Translations under genes and position numbers: made by a program | Notes under the pieces: generated by a model | Database searches by the model: none | Seen by the model: the letters and a program-made list of their open reading frames with translations, nothing else | What the model was told of the DNA's origin: nothing | Origin: Octopus sinensis | Taxonomy: Eukaryota | Direction: 5' to 3' | Length of the DNA: 64,000 nt | NCBI RefSeq assembly: GCF_006345805.1 | Contig: NC_043010.1 | Span: forward strand, 49,104,001-49,168,000 | Part shown: in pieces, positions 49,181 to 62,498 of the stretch | Numbering within the stretch: the first letter of the stretch is position 1 | How the letters are laid out: each line of letters starts with the position of its first letter

Positions 49181-50065
49181 ACTTAATGTGTATTTTTTAT
49201 TTATATATACTCACATACACACACATGAGATTCTACAGTTTTCATCTACCAAATACACTTACAAGGCATAGGCCAGCCTAAGACTATAAAAAACACCTGC
49301 CCCAAAGTGCCATGTAGTGAGACTAAACCTCAAAAACATGGATGCAAAGCAAAGTGTTCAGTCACACATCCATCCAACCATCCTTCAGTCATACAACCAT
49401 CCTTCTAGTTAGAATCTTCTAGTACCAATAGTAATAAAAGTTGAAAAATACAAAAAAAAACCATTAAAGTACAAATTGTTGAACTTAGGTATAACCACAC
49501 ACATACACACAACAGCAAAAATATATGCACTAAAGATTCAACAGTAGCTTCAAGAGTAATATTACTTATAAAACAACCCCTACTTTCAGGATTGCATTAT
49601 AATCTATAATATGAGAAAGATTAAATTATTACTACAGTATTAATCCTATAATCCAATGTCATATGACCAAAGGCTGTTTTTTTTTTTTTTTTTTTAATAC
49701 AAAATAAGGGATAATCTGTCTCTACAGCAACACAATTATAATGTAGGGCAGAGGTTCTCAAATGGTCTCCTGCAAAGGTATCTAGGTCTGTGGTGTTGAT
49801 TTTTAAATGTATAATTTAAGACTTTAGAAAATCCATACTAATGCTTGAGCATCTTCGAAAAAAAATTTTGTTATACACAAAGTATGATTAATAAAATAAG
49901 GTGCATAGTTTATTTTACACTTTTGCCAAATCTTTAACTTGAATCACCCACAAACACATTACTTAACCACTAAATATAGCAGTGTAACATTATTGGATAT
50001 ACCAATTTTACTGACTAAACTCATTCCAGGAAGCTGGTACGTAAATATTAATGACCCACAGGTGT

Positions 50066-50233
50066 AGGAGTGGCTGTGAGGTAAGTAGCTTGCTTACAAA
50101 CCACATGGTTCTGGGTTCAGTCCCACTGCGTCGCACCTTGGACAAGTCTGTTATGCTATAGCTTCGGGCTGACCAAAGCTTTGTGAGTGGATTTAGTAGA
50201 CGGAAACTGAAAGAAGCCCGTCGTATATATGTA

Positions 50234-50291
<58 letters not shown>

Positions 50292-50550
50292 TATGTATGT
50301 ATATGTATGTGTATGTGTTTGTATGTGTATGTGTTTGTATGTGTATGTGTTTGTCCCCCCAACATCGCTTGACAACCAATGCTGGTGTGTTTACATCCCT
50401 GCAACTTAGTGGTTTGGCAAAAAGAGACCAATAAAATAAGTACTAGGCTTACAAAGAAAAAGTCCTGGAGTCGATTTGCTCGACTAAAGGCGATGCTCCA
50501 GCAAGGCCACAGTCAAATGACAAACAAGTAAAAGAGTAAAGAGAGTAAAG
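50066..50550 (+). mobile_element. SINE family A, full length with expanded internal microsatellite
   Basis: Same modules; internal (TG)n(TA)n(CA)n tract of about 130 nt. Explains the spurious ORFs at 50008-50434. Confidence 0.85.
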
Positions 50551-50699
50551 GGACACCATATTTCGTTTTGCAACCATAACATATTACAAAGTATATTAGA
50601 TGTTTTTATAAGTCAATACTGTGTTCTACAGTATTAGGTTGCATAATGAAATATAGTGTCCCTATAGGTCATTAATATTTAAAATTAATGACTTTGTTT

Positions 50700-50925
50700 T
50701 TGTCATCCTATGACAAGTGAATATTGAAGATTAACAAAATGGATATGTGAAGAAACAGCAGGATAAGGGTGACAACAAATTTAACGGATATTATCTGGAA
50801 AATAAAAACTTAGAAGTGGTCTTTCACAAGAAGAAAGGACAATAAATGGTAAAGTAAATTGACAGAATGGATACTATGTCCAGAAAAATGAAAGAGGAGA
50901 AGGCCAAGCAGAAGTTGGAATGCCC
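50700..50925 (+). mobile_element. RTE-clade LINE 3' remnant (degenerate)
   Basis: Reads TDIIWKIKT*KWSFTRRKDNKW*SKLTEWILCPEK*KRRRPSRSW, the same RTE C-terminal motif. Confidence 0.65.
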
Positions 50926-50932
50926 TTACATT

Positions 50933-51163
50933 TTAACTTTTTAGCATTCAGATTACTCTGTCAAATGTAATGGTTATTTATTCATGTTTTCATATTGTTT
51001 TGAATTAATCTTGCATGACACTGTGTCAAGATTTCAGTGTGATTCTTTATTATTAGAATGACATTGTAGGTTAGATATGAGAGGCCAGATCTGGTTAGTT
51101 TGAACATAGAAGCAGGTGGAATATTTGGGCCTGACAATGTCAGTTTAAATGCTAAAAGGTTAA
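50933..51163. mobile_element. piggyBac-like MITE (TTAA flanks); homologous copies at ~18832-19043 and ~55254-55480
   Basis: ttaa-ctttttagcatt ... aatgctaaaagg-ttaa; shared interior cagattactct..caaatgtaat...agaatgacattgtagg..tgagaggc in three copies. Confidence 0.7.
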
Positions 51164-52713
51164 GCTGGTATTGCTCACAATTCAAGTTGATCTGATAAAG
51201 CTTCCGGTTGGTTCCTGGTAGTGAATTTGTGTTTCAGTGTTAAGTGAGCTAGTTGAGGACAAAGTGTTTAAAAGTTATTTAGAAGCTTTTGAGAGAGAGA
51301 GAGAGTCGGAAATGCAGAACGGGTTGAAGGTCAAATGTCTATATAATTTATTTTTATCCCACCCTCCACAAACACTATCAATAGAGGAAGAAAAAACAAA
51401 TTAAATTTACATGACACTACAGTGTGAAGGGAACAACCAAATATTGTTTACATACTTTTTCTTAAATTTAAAAAAAAAGAACATTTCTTGAAAGAGAGCA
51501 GAAAGAATCAAGTTTGAACAGAGCTATAATATAGTGTAGTCTGATTAACCATTTCTTCCTGAATAGGTTCAGTGAGCAGAGAAGTTTTACCTCTTAACAA
51601 GAGACAGGGAGAACAAGAGAGAGCGCCAATAGGCAGACAAATCATGCTAAAAATGACCTAAATCTCTTTATTTTGTAACATGATCCAGCAGAGACATTGA
51701 AATAACTCACCAGCACCTATTTTGATAAGGACTCTTCTTTCACCAGATCTACTTTCCAGATAGAGGTTTCAAGAAGAAAACAAAAAAAAAAATTACACAC
51801 ACCCAGAGTATCTAAGGGATAAATCCCTTAGAAATCTCAGTTTCAGTAACAAATTCACCCACCCAATCATCTCTCCACCCTACCCTTAACTGAAAAACCA
51901 CCACTTTCCTACCCTGATTCAACTAACCCTTTCTTGCTTGGTAAATGTATTTCTAAAACCATAAACCAGTGCTAATATTGCATGTGTGTGTGTGATCCTA
52001 CCCCATTACTACCAGATAAACAAATACATCTACATGAATACATACACACAACAAACTTAAGTTCTGAAAAATCCATTTCTTATTGTATTCATTGCTACAT
52101 ACACACACACACACAAATGAACTGAACAGGATGCATAGTTACTTTGGCACTTGCCCAATGAAAATTAACCAACAGACAAGGTTTTCAGCCAATTAAAAAC
52201 AAAACTAAAAGCAATAAATAAATAAATAAATAAATGAAACTGCAGACTATGGTAAAACATCGATGTAAGAATTTTCAAAGCATCTCAATTGAGAGAAGGA
52301 TTTTTATTATGGAAACCTTAAAATCATTGAGGTTAAAAATTCAAGTGCACAGGCTTTTGTATGATAAATACGATTTCCTTTGAGATGAGAAAGAAGTATA
52401 TAGTTTGCCTCCAGTAATCTATTTATTACTGGCATTTACATATTTTATCAACTTCAGAAGGAAGAATGGCTATGATGAAACTTCGGGAGGACTTACAGGC
52501 AGAAACAGCAAAACAATAATTGTTTCTGATTTAGGAACAAAGCCAAGAATTTTGAGTGGTGGTGGTGGTGGTGGGGGGGGATTAGGTGATTCCCTCAATC
52601 TTCAGCATGTGACTGGTACATTATTTTATTAACCCCTGCAGAGATGAAAGGCAAACTTAACCTCAACAAGATTTAAACTCAATGTATATAGTCAGAAGAA
52701 ATACTGCAAAGTA

Positions 52714-52921
52714 TGAGATGTTGAAAGGTTCCTGGCTTTAGCTAAAAGAAAATACAACAGGATCATTTAATGTTTTTATTGAATATATTCCCCTTTCAGA
52801 TTCACACACTTATTGCAGCAGTCCTTCAGTTTTTCTAAGCTTTAGTGAAAGAATTCAGATGGTTGGGCTTCCAACCAGGACTTTCGCAATATCCTTAAAA
52901 CCAGAAACATTTCAGCACCCC
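52714..52921 (-). mobile_element. Second copy of the mariner-derived MITE
   Basis: Reverse complement of the 45571 element (cacttattgcagcagtccttcagtttttctaa). Confidence 0.7.
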
Positions 52922-54388
52922 TAATACGTTTTACCAATGCTTTTTTTTCTTCAATTTGCATGGCAGCAGAGTTCACAATTTTTAGCCAAAAATGAGCTAA
53001 AGTTTTGATCTAAAAAAATTCAGTACATCCAAATTACTAAAGATTAGCATAGTATTCATTTCAAATCTTGGCACAAGGCCAGCAATTTAGGGGGAGGGGG
53101 TAGTCAATTACATCGACCCCAGTGCTCAACTTATACTTATTTTATCGACCCTGAAAAGATGAAAGGTAAAGTCAACCTCAGCAGAATTTGAACTCAGAAC
53201 ATAAGAGATGAAATGCCGTTAAGCATTTTGCCCAGCGTGCTAATGACTCTGCCAGTTTGCAGCCTTAAAGATTATCATAATATTAAACAAACAAAAGCTT
53301 AAATTAACCCATCAACCTTACTATCTATAATGAATTTATGGACCTTTTTTTTTTTTTTGAGCAATCTTTATTTTTCTTGAAATAAAAGTTTGTTTTTTTT
53401 TTAAATGGAACTTAACCTTAATCCTGAAATTATGAAACAGAGTCCATTTCTATAGTCCCAAACATACATATATGGAAATAATAGATCTGATTCTATTAAC
53501 ATTTATAGTGATAACTAATAGAAATGTACGTGTATAAATAAACACATTAATACATGCAAACACACGGACCAGTACAAATGCCAGCATACACATTCAATGT
53601 GTTTTTCACACAAACAGCATGCTTTTTAAGTTAATGGTGAGGAGAGAAAAAAAATCACAAATACAAATAAATAGATGCAAGCACATTGATGAGCACAAAT
53701 GGAAATAAACACACACACACACGTGTTTTTATAAATAAGAGCAAGCTCTGGAGTCTACAACCACTAAACACAACTGTATTTGTGTTTGAAAATGTAATCT
53801 AACATTCTGCTTGTGGTGGGTTAGTAAAAAAAAATATATTTATTGGAATAAGAGGTTTTATTTAAATGAAGGAGATGTCAGTGCCAAAATACCACACAAG
53901 TTACAAGAAAAAAAAAAACATCTTTTTTTTTTTTGCCTCTCTTTCTCTCTTACAGATCCGTGACAACACAAAAGAGCTGACAGTTAAAAAAAAAAAAGAC
54001 AAAAAATGCTGTGAGAAAAAGAGGCAGGAGTCTTGCACCACCACCTCCATCAAACAGCTTTCCATGGCAATCACAGTTCTTTCCTTCCACACAGATCACA
54101 ACTATTCCAGTCCTTTTCCCCATCTCAAGACCACATTCCCTCCGCCACCTTGCTATCACTAGTCTCCCAACTACTATTATCACCAGTGCTGCCCACCACC
54201 ACTAACACATTTTAGGTTGCCTCTCCTTTCCCAAGCTCTTTAATTTCAAATTATTCAAGTTTACTAATTTGCGCTGTATTTTTCCTTCTTGAAAGAAATT
54301 GGTCTAAATAATTATAACATTTCTATAAACCATCAGCCATTGCTTTCATTCAAAATACCACTATTGTAATAATTGATTTCAAATTTTA

Positions 54389-54420
<32 letters not shown>

Positions 54421-54805
54421 ACCCTGTCTGTCTCTCTCACCCACTTCAAATTTTGCAACATTATTTCCCAACACCAAACTCGTATATATTTTCTCCATAT
54501 TATTATATCATATATTTGTGAATCATATTGTTGTTTGTTACAGGTTTCCTTGCAGAACAAATAACTGGTTCCTTCTATTTCAGAGCATGAAAACGACAAA
54601 GGAGTGCCAATACAACTCATATGGTACATAAATGCCACAATGTATTTTTAATTCTATTCAATCGCTTGCTGGCATCTATATATCTTTTAACAATATACAT
54701 ATACGTAAAATATATACACACCCACTGTTTTGTGTGCGCATGCACACACACACGCACGAACATTTATATTACTTAAAAACAGTTTGATTTGATTCCATGC
54801 GACAA

Positions 54806-55200
54806 AGTAGTGGCTGTGTGGTAAGTAGCTTGTTTACCAACCACATGGTTCCGGGTTCAGTCCCACAGCGTGGCACCTTGGGCAAGAGTCTTCTACTATA
54901 GCCTCAGGCCAACCAAAGCCTTGTGAGTGGATTTGGTAGATGGAAACTAAAAGAAGCCCGTCGTATATATATATATGCGTGTGTGTGTTTGTGTGTCTGT
55001 CTTTGTCCCCCTAGCATTGCTTGACAACCGATGCTGGTGTGTTTATGTCCCCGTTCCTTAGCAGTTCAGCAAAAGAGACCGATAGAATAAGTACTGGGCT
55101 TACAAAAGAATAAGTCCCAGGGTCGAGTTGCTCGATTAAAGGCGGTGCTCCAGCATGGCCGCAGTCAAATGACAAACAAGTAAAAGAGAGTAAAAGAGAG
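54806..55200 (+). mobile_element. SINE family A, full length; older or partial copies also at ~8760-8910, 22225-22400, 23605-23990, 39220-39540, 43040-43280, 43600-44080, 44600-44760, 46440-46800, 49220-49370, 59525-59680
   Basis: Visual alignment to the family A consensus. Confidence 0.8.
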
Positions 55201-55584
55201 TAGGCCTCTAATAGAAGCCCATCTCTTTCAGGCTCTAGATTTTTAATACTGTTTTAGGCCCTTCAGCATTTAAACTGGCCATATTCGACCCCAACATTCT
55301 ACCTGTTTTATGCTCAAAACCAACCAGATCCGGCCTCTCACACCTATCCCATAATGTCATTCTAAAAATAAAGTATCACATCAAATTCTTAAAGTGACAA
55401 GATAATGTATGATTAATTGAAAACTGTGAGATTAAATAAGTATTACATTTGAGAGAGTAATCTGAATATGAACAGGTTAAACAATACACGTAACACCTAG
55501 TAAATGAGCTGAGTGTCCTTTTCTTTCATTTATCCACTCATGTGTGTGTGTGTATGTATGTGTGTATATATATATATATATATA

Positions 55585-55950
55585 TCGAAAATCGAAATCG
55601 TTCAACATCAATGGAAATTGTAGCTGTGATACCAGTGCCAGTGGCACCTAAGAGAACCATCCGAACGTGGCCGTTGCCAGTACCGCCCCGACTGGCCTCC
55701 GTGCCGGTGGCACATAAAAAGCACCATCCGATCGTGGCCGTTTGCCAGCCTCTTCTGGCACCTGTGCAGGTGGCACATAAAAAGCACCCACTACAATCTC
55801 GGAGTGGTTGGCGTTAGGAAGGGCATCCAGCTGTAGAAACACTGCCAGATCAGACTGGGCCTGGCGCAGCCTTCTGGCTTCCCAGACCCCAGTTGAACCA
55901 TCCAACCCATGCTAGCATGGAAAACGGACGTTAAACGATGATGATGATGA
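55585..55950 (+). mobile_element. Family B copy (3 units), well preserved
   Basis: gaaaatcgaaatcg start; three gtgc(c/a)(a/g)gtggcac..aaaaagcacc units; (GAT)n tail. Confidence 0.85.
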
Positions 55951-57499
55951 TATATATATATATATGTGAAAGATTGAACAGAAAGAATACAAGGAGAAAA
56001 GTTAGACAAAAGCAGAGGAGACAGAAAACTAGACGAAAACTTAATAGACAGGAAATTAAGGCAAGGACACGATAGATTGGAAATATATATATACACACAC
56101 ATGCACACCTGCATTCACAATATTACATACACATTCTCACCATACACACACACACACACACACACAGCAAGGCTTCTGCACATTTTCCCAAGCTACCAAA
56201 TTTCACCCACTAAGCATTGGTGAAGCCAAAGCTATTGTACAAGACACTTGCCCAAAGTGCCTGCTGGTATTATTTTCATTCATTCTTTTATCATGACCCC
56301 CACCACCACCACCACCACCACCACCACCACCACTGTAACCTCAGCCGTGTCAAACTAATAATAATAAATCTAATGCTCTAGATGAGAGATGGCAAGAGGT
56401 GGGTACCAAGGATGATGTTTATTTCGAATAAACATTCAGTTGAAATCATTCATCTAGAGTGTTTGTTCCATTAAAGCAGAATAATAGCTGCCCCCCACCC
56501 CAGTTGGGTGGGTGGGAGGTCAGTGAGGGATGGGGGGAGGGGCAAATTAAAAAGTCAGTCCTAGGGTTTTATCAGCATTGAACCACTTTGTGCCAAGTGT
56601 CACTACCCTCTACACAAAAACACTGAGGGTGATATTACACTGCATCTGCTTATATACAACCGGTATAGTTCTAGCAAGTATACAGAAGAGAGAGAGAGAG
56701 TGTGTGTATGTGTGTGAGTGAGTGTGCGTGTGCAAGAGAGGAGAGAGAGCATAATCATTTAAGTAGTTTTACATTCATTTTTCTCGAATATAATTACTTG
56801 AGTTAAAAAAAAAAAGTATTAGCACGAAAGTTTGTTTTTTGTTTTTTTTGTTGTTGTTTCAACCAGATGCCTTTTTGGGATGGCATTCGCGTGCGAGAGA
56901 GTGCAGTAAGAGCTGTTAGTCGTTTCTTACTTTAAAGTTGTGTATAGTTAAAGTACAAAGCTTTTCTCCACCTCCACCCCAATAAACAAAATAAAATAAA
57001 AATTGCTTAAATACTATAAGCTTTTTTTTTTTCTAAGCTAAAACCTATTTAGTCCACCTTACTGAAAAATAACTACAATCCAACTACTACTTGGTTGAAC
57101 TGATCGCAAGCTACAGAAACACACACGCACATCCCTAACAATACAAATAAGTAATTTCATAAATTCTATAACAAACAATAAAGTCAGTGTTTTGTTTGCG
57201 TATCTGAAGGAAATAAACAATAGTGAAGTATGTTTTTTACTCTTCTACTTATTCAAAAATAGCAGGAAAATAAGCCTAGCCTTGTTTAATTACACACTTT
57301 AATCATTATTGCTAAGCAATTCTTAGTGATATGTGAACCATGAATTTTTTTTTCTTTAATTTTTTTTCCCTTCGTAAAGCAGACATATACATCTCCATAT
57401 GCTTTGACAGAAGAAATAATTTCTGGAAAATTAATTAATCTCATACAGACTAGGTACTTTAATAAGATTTCTTAGAATGACATGATGGATTGTCTAGAG

Positions 57500-57736
57500 C
57501 AGTGTTGCCAATGGACCCCTTTGATTCCTATTTTACTCAGATGGACCCTCCTCACCATTCAATGTTTAAAAAAATTCTATTATATTTCTATAATTAAATA
57601 TTAGGAATTGTATAAACAAAATTGTCAAAATATTTTGCCTATTGTTGAAGTAAAACCAATTCATTGTACAGATTTTAACAACAAAATCTTACATGAACCC
57701 CCAAGGGGCCATATGAATCCTAGTTGAGAACCACTG
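57500..57736. mobile_element. hAT (Charlie/Buster-like) MITE related to the 19754 element
   Basis: Shares ggaccc...aggggccatat...gttgagaaccactg; TSD gtctagag / gtcaagag matches the NTCTAGAN target known for Charlie/Buster hATs. Confidence 0.75.
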
Positions 57737-60700
57737 GTCAAGAGATAACAAAACAACTCATTTTACACATATGTATACCGTGTGTATGGACAATGATACA
57801 GTATGAGACAGAGTAGTAGAAACAGAAAGAGCTAACACAACTGTAATAAATCCAAAAATGCCAGCAAACTTGGATCAGCTCATATGCTGTGGGAGCTATA
57901 AGATTACTGATTTTTCAAACCAAGCCCTTTCTTGGAGAGAAGATTAAATGTTTAGAAATGTACTGAATAGATAAGGTTTCAAAAATTATCGAGAAAGAGA
58001 GAGATGAGTTTTGCCAAAACAGAGCACCAATGGTTTCCTTGAATTCTAGGTACTATTTGATAAAAATGTTAGTAAACTAAGATAAAATTAAACTAGGATG
58101 GGCATGTTTTAAATTTGTGTTTAGATTCTCAAATTTACATTAATCCTAGATATGATAAAACACCAACTTTTTAAGAACATGAAATATTCAGCATATCCTG
58201 GTAGTTCTTTAGCAGTGAGACCAACAAATATAAGTTCAGTTTGTGCCAATGTTCAGTTTAGTACAAGCAATGTTTCCTTGGAGCTGTGGACTTGTACACA
58301 TATGTATGCTTTACAAATAGCTCACAAAAAATGAAAGAGCATGTGTGCACAAGGTTTTCAAGAAAATATCAAAATTTTGTTTAAACGCAAGGAATTAACC
58401 ATATAATTTCATAATAAAATCATAATACACTCTTAAAAAGTGCATTTGCTTAAGTGCTCAAAGAATTTAGGCTACTCATGGATATGCATATACTGTGCAA
58501 AGACAAAATTTGCACACACAACACAAATTTCCATGTACACCCACAGTAAAAAATAAAAAAATTAGAGGTAACATTGAATGTAAGAATGCTTTTCAAGAAT
58601 TTTTAGAGTTAAAATTTAATATTAATCTAATTAATTACAAGTCTTAGAAGAAATTTATTTACCCCAATATTTGTATGTGTATACAACATATATTTTATGT
58701 ATGTGCATATATATATAAATATATATATTTATTAGTGAAAATGTCTGAAATGTGCTGTCAATATAAGTAAGGAGATTAGATTTTTCCTATGTTGGAATTG
58801 ATATTATAAATGGATGTCAGGTTGATAGAGTAAAACAGTTTTCGTACTTTCCATGTCAAAATTGTTGGAATGCAATAATCTCTAGTGTGCATGCATGTAA
58901 CTAACAACTCTCGAAATTCCATTTTTTTTTTTTTTTTTTTTTTACAAAGTTTAATGATATTAAAAGTCAAATTCTATGACAAATAAAGATCCTCAAACTA
59001 TTCATGATAATTCTATAAGACAGATGAGAATATCTTAAATCATAACTATTCAGCACTTTTTCTTTCGATACATTTGATAAATGCAGCCAAGGCAGTAGAC
59101 AGGAACAAAAATAATATGGAGAGAAAGAGAGACTAATCAAAGAATACATGAATAAATATCCTTTACAGATTGCTGCAGCTGTATAGAACCAGAAAAGCTC
59201 ACCAGACAGTTTATGTAAAGACAATAAATTAGAGCTCTGTATTTGTGTGGAGAATAGACAGATAGATAGATAAATAGACAGAGAGAGGTGCAAACAAGGA
59301 GAAAATAGTGCTTGAATATCTAAGGCAGACTGACTAAAATACTATTTCACTGAAGCTGAAAAAAATCTTCACAAACTATCACTCACAGTTTCAAGTAAAC
59401 GTTCAAACAATTGGGAGAATACAGAATAATAATATTCTGAATTCGCACAACTGTCTGACAATGGTCACATGAAACTGAATGATAGTTTCTGAAGGTTTTT
59501 TTTCCAGCTCTAACACACACACAGCCACGAATGACTTAGGTTTGCTTTGCAACCATGTAGTTTCAGATTCAGTCCCACTGCACAGCACTTTGAGCAAATA
59601 TCATCTGCTATAGCCCTGGTGAACTTAAAGCCTTCTGATTGGATTAGGTAGATGGAACCTAAAAGAAGCTTGTTGTGCACATACATATATGTGTGTATCA
59701 AGATGAAATTTATACAGATATATTCTACGTACAGTTTAATCAGAATAAGGAAGAGCAAAACCCATCATCTTCCAACCAAGACCTCCAAGGACAGTGAGAG
59801 AATAAATCCTGTATCATGGATTACTGTAGTATGAAACTATGTATGAAGATACAAAGTTATTCTCAAAAGGAGCAGTTTGATTCAAAGTCCTACACTGCCT
59901 TTTCTCTACATAAAGCTCTCTAGCTAGTTAAGAACTAAAGATTTCAATGGACTACAATTAGTCATCATTACCGTCTTTAACATTTGATTTTCCATGCTTG
60001 CATAGATCAAATTAAAGAATGTAGGGGTAGAGTTTTCTGTGACCACATGCCCTTACTGTTGCCCCCTCTTCACCCTTAATTGTGAAGTAATAATCTGGTT
60101 TATCAAGCAACAAACAGTCTACACACGCCTTCATAGTGGACTGTAAGCAAAGTCATTTTTACAAACCAGAGAGTGAAACACATGTACACAAGGAAATATG
60201 AAATCACTCACTTCATACATAAACAGACTTCTTTCAGTTTCCATCTAGCAAATTCACTTACAAGGCTTTGTTTCACCCAGGTCTATAGCAGAAAGCCCAC
60301 TTGCCCAAGATGGAACCAAACCTGAAACAAACTTAACTACACAGTCATGTCTGTCCCTAGCCCAGTATAAAAATTACAATAATATAACTATTGCAGGAAT
60401 TTGGATGAAATTTGTTGATACAATATAATGATTGTTGGGGTACATTGTGAACGTGGGTTTTTACCTGTTGTCATGTCACTTTCACTAGCCCAAGTAGGTT
60501 GAATACAGGTAAGTTGATTTGTTCTAACATATTTACAAGGTATCATTTGCTGGCTATAAATTTGTTTTCTCTGGTGAATTTGTGCTTCAGTTAGTCTCTA
60601 TAACTTGGAAGCTGCACAAATCTCATTAAAAAATGTATTTTGATATATGCCTTAATTGTCTCCATTCAAAGTTTTTATAAGGCCCAACAAATTAGTGCTA

Positions 60701-61840
60701 TATACTCATATTACAATAACTACACTCACCTCATTAACCAGTCAATATGCAGAGACCTCACACTTAAAATATATTAGTAAATTAATGTTTCATTTATATT
60801 TTTAAATCCTCCCCACACACTAATAAAAGCATCACTTGCAATATCAAGTACAATCCTGTTCAGAACTGATAAATCCTGACATCAGTTTGTGACATTGAAA
60901 TATCACTATTTTCTCTAATCCAAGCTCTCATTCTCAGATTAAATCATTAATAAATAAAATCACCAAATTCTAACTCACCACTTTAGGTATTAATTCCCAT
61001 TGCACCTAACATTGAACGAATAAAAATCTGGAGAAATTCACTCAGTAAAATGCAAAAATTAAATACACATGGTGCAAACAGACAGTCTTTTAATAGGAAG
61101 TTCATTCTAAAATGAAGCTAAACTTGGCTCCTTGAACAGAAGAGTGCTTAGTTTTAGTTTCTAACCTCAAACAACAACATTCATTCAGTTACTAGCAGTT
61201 TAGGATTTGGAGATAGTCATGGATACTTTCTATATAGGATCATAACCCTTCTGATACCAAATCACCTGAGACCACGCTAGATTTATAATACAAAAATTGG
61301 ATAGTTTCAAGTGTTTATATTTAAGTTATCATAATCTTATAAAAGAATTTATTTTGTTAAGTTACATTCCAAACATCGGCTTCATGGAGAGGTTAGTTAT
61401 TTTACTAAATTCTTTGTGGGCAGTGAACTTCATAATAAAATATGGTCACAAAAGGGTTAGGTCAGATTGATTAGGTCTGTTGTCCAAACAGAAGTTTCTA
61501 TGTTAATGTTACCAACCAGAATTTTATGAGAAGCTGATGGACATGGGCAAGATAAATTTTTTGATGGACAATTACACTAAATTTCCAAAGTATTCTGACA
61601 AAAACTACTCAGAATGAAATTAAAAAAATGAAAAACTTGGTTAGGAAACTAAAAATTTCAACAATGTTTAAACTCTGAAGTTATTTAACATAAACTTGTG
61701 CCAATTTCAAAGAATTGCCGATTATCATGATTCCAATAAATGAAATGAGAAGGCAAAATTGTTTAAATTCAGCCCATGGATTGGGAGTTTGCAAACCATC
61801 ATAACAGTCTACTTAGAAAATATAAATTTGATAGTAAAAT

Positions 61841-62498
61841 CACTGACGTGGCCAATGACAGTACCACCTGATTGGCACTCATGCGAGTGGTGTTAAGAGC
61901 ACATCCGAGCGTGGGGTGTAACCAGCCCACTTATGAGTACTCCTCATTCATTGGACAATAAACTATACTTGTGAAGAGCTATTGAGGCAAGTGAAATCAA
62001 ATCAAAATTGCTGATGTGGCTGATGGCAGTACCACCTGATTGGCACTCATGCCAGTGGAACGTTAAAAGCACATCCGAGCATGAGTGTTACCAGGGTCAC
62101 AAATTGGCTCCCATGCTGGTGGCATGTAAAAAGCACCATTCAAGCGTAATCATTGCCAGCGTCGCATGTCAGGCACATCTGCTGGTGGCATGTGAAAAAT
62201 AATATTGTGCGTGGTCGTTGCCAGTGCTGCTGGACTGGCTCCCGTGCAGGTTGCACATAAAAAAACACCTTTTGAGCATGGTCGTTGCCAAAACCTCCTG
62301 ACTGGCCCTCATTGCAGTGACACGTAAAAGCACCCACTACACTCTTGGCGTGGTTGGCATTAGAAAGGGCATCCAGCTGTAGAAACTTTGCCAGATCAGA
62401 TTGAGCCTGGTGCAGCCTTCTGGCTCACCAGCCGTCAGTCAAACAGTCAAACCCATGCCAGCATGGAAAGCAGACGTTAAATTATGATGATGAGGAGG
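61841..62498 (+). mobile_element. Family B, longest copy with about 7 degenerate units
   Basis: Repeated g.tggca..taaaa.gcac units from about 61860 to 62335, then the standard tail. Confidence 0.75.

Noticed and set aside
50008-50434. ORFs rich in YIYI/THTH/CVCV (also near 13469, 24042, 29617, 31911, 33077)
   Set aside because: Microsatellite and SINE translations.
51540-51590. Minus-strand NLFRKKWLIR resembling the LST2 first exon
   Set aside because: No start codon, no KPK and no donor in the correct phase; chance similarity.
55636-55790. CRISPR-like repeat-spacer pattern in family B units, including GGTGCTTTTT resembling a tracrRNA 3' end
   Set aside because: The 'spacers' are homologous to each other, the array is part of a dispersed eukaryotic retroposon, and there are no cas genes.
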